DNA of 64,000 nucleotides from Glycera tridactyla (Eukaryota): NCBI GenBank assembly GCA_965644265.1, contig OZ286469.1, positions 31,806,001 to 31,870,000 of the forward strand, read 5' to 3'. Shown piece by piece: positions 63,426 to 64,000 of this stretch (position 1 is its first letter; each line of letters starts with the position of its first letter). The notes under the pieces were generated by a model. It saw only the letters and a program-made list of their open reading frames with translations, ran no database searches and was not told where the DNA came from. The position numbers and the translations under genes were made by a program.

Positions 63426-64000
63426 TGATGGAATACGTGGCTAGGTCTCCTCTCAACAAAGGTTGTGTGACCGATTGGGGCGTACGTCACGCGCTGCGCC
63501 TAATAAAACCAGTGTAATCGCTCCATGGTGACAGCGGTGGCGTCCCGAGTTACGTGACGTCACAGGCTGCCTGTGTCCAAAAATAATTCCCATCATTTTG
63601 ATGGCAGTTTTTTGGTTGCCTCTCCTGTCTGCCTCAAAAATCCTCAAAGACTAATGTCATCATCTTAAATAGTTTGTGGGAAGATTCCTTATCAAAGATA
63701 CATGCAGGTGGATGGATATCTTGAAGTGTTTGTTACCAGGGTAGTTTTAGGGACTTCTGATCGGATTATCCATTGATTCTCGGTGTAACAAACAAACAAG
63801 AGCGCCCACATGCGCCGAGAGATGTCCGATAGAGAGAGAGAGAGAGAGACTCTTGCTGTGACCTAATTAGTCTCTATATTAATACGCTGCCTCGCACACA
63901 CTCGCTATTTGTGCGCAGCACATCCTCATTCGTGCTGTCGAGATTTGTGTGCTGCGGTAATCGGCCACAAAAACGAGTATAAGGAGAATTTCCTATTATG

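Overview
AT-rich, CpG-depleted eukaryotic genomic DNA from a gapped scaffold (four sized N-runs). The repeat repertoire and GT-AG exon structure suggest a marine invertebrate; the taxon cannot be fixed from sequence alone. No long intact CDS is visible, and most ORF-track entries are repeat-derived or chance ORFs. Transposons dominate: many TA-flanked pogo/Tc1-type MITEs, at least four SINE-like families, L2/CR1 and Penelope relics, a Helentron-type non-autonomous element, and a three-level nest (a MITE inside an internally deleted hAT element, inside an Academ element with ~1.1-kb TIRs). The main hidden signal is on the minus strand at ~56-62 kb. It is a tandem cluster of decayed genes for small secreted cysteine-rich proteins (signal-peptide exon, ShK-like + EGF exon, 102-nt phase 1-1 EGF exon, further ShK-like relic), in which two EGF exons and one signal exon remain intact. 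A second, more tentative signal is that the complex tandem array at ~19.9-25.2 kb repeats a core that reads as a phase 1-1 ShKT-like exon on the same strand. All family assignments come from manual translation and recalled motifs, not database searches.
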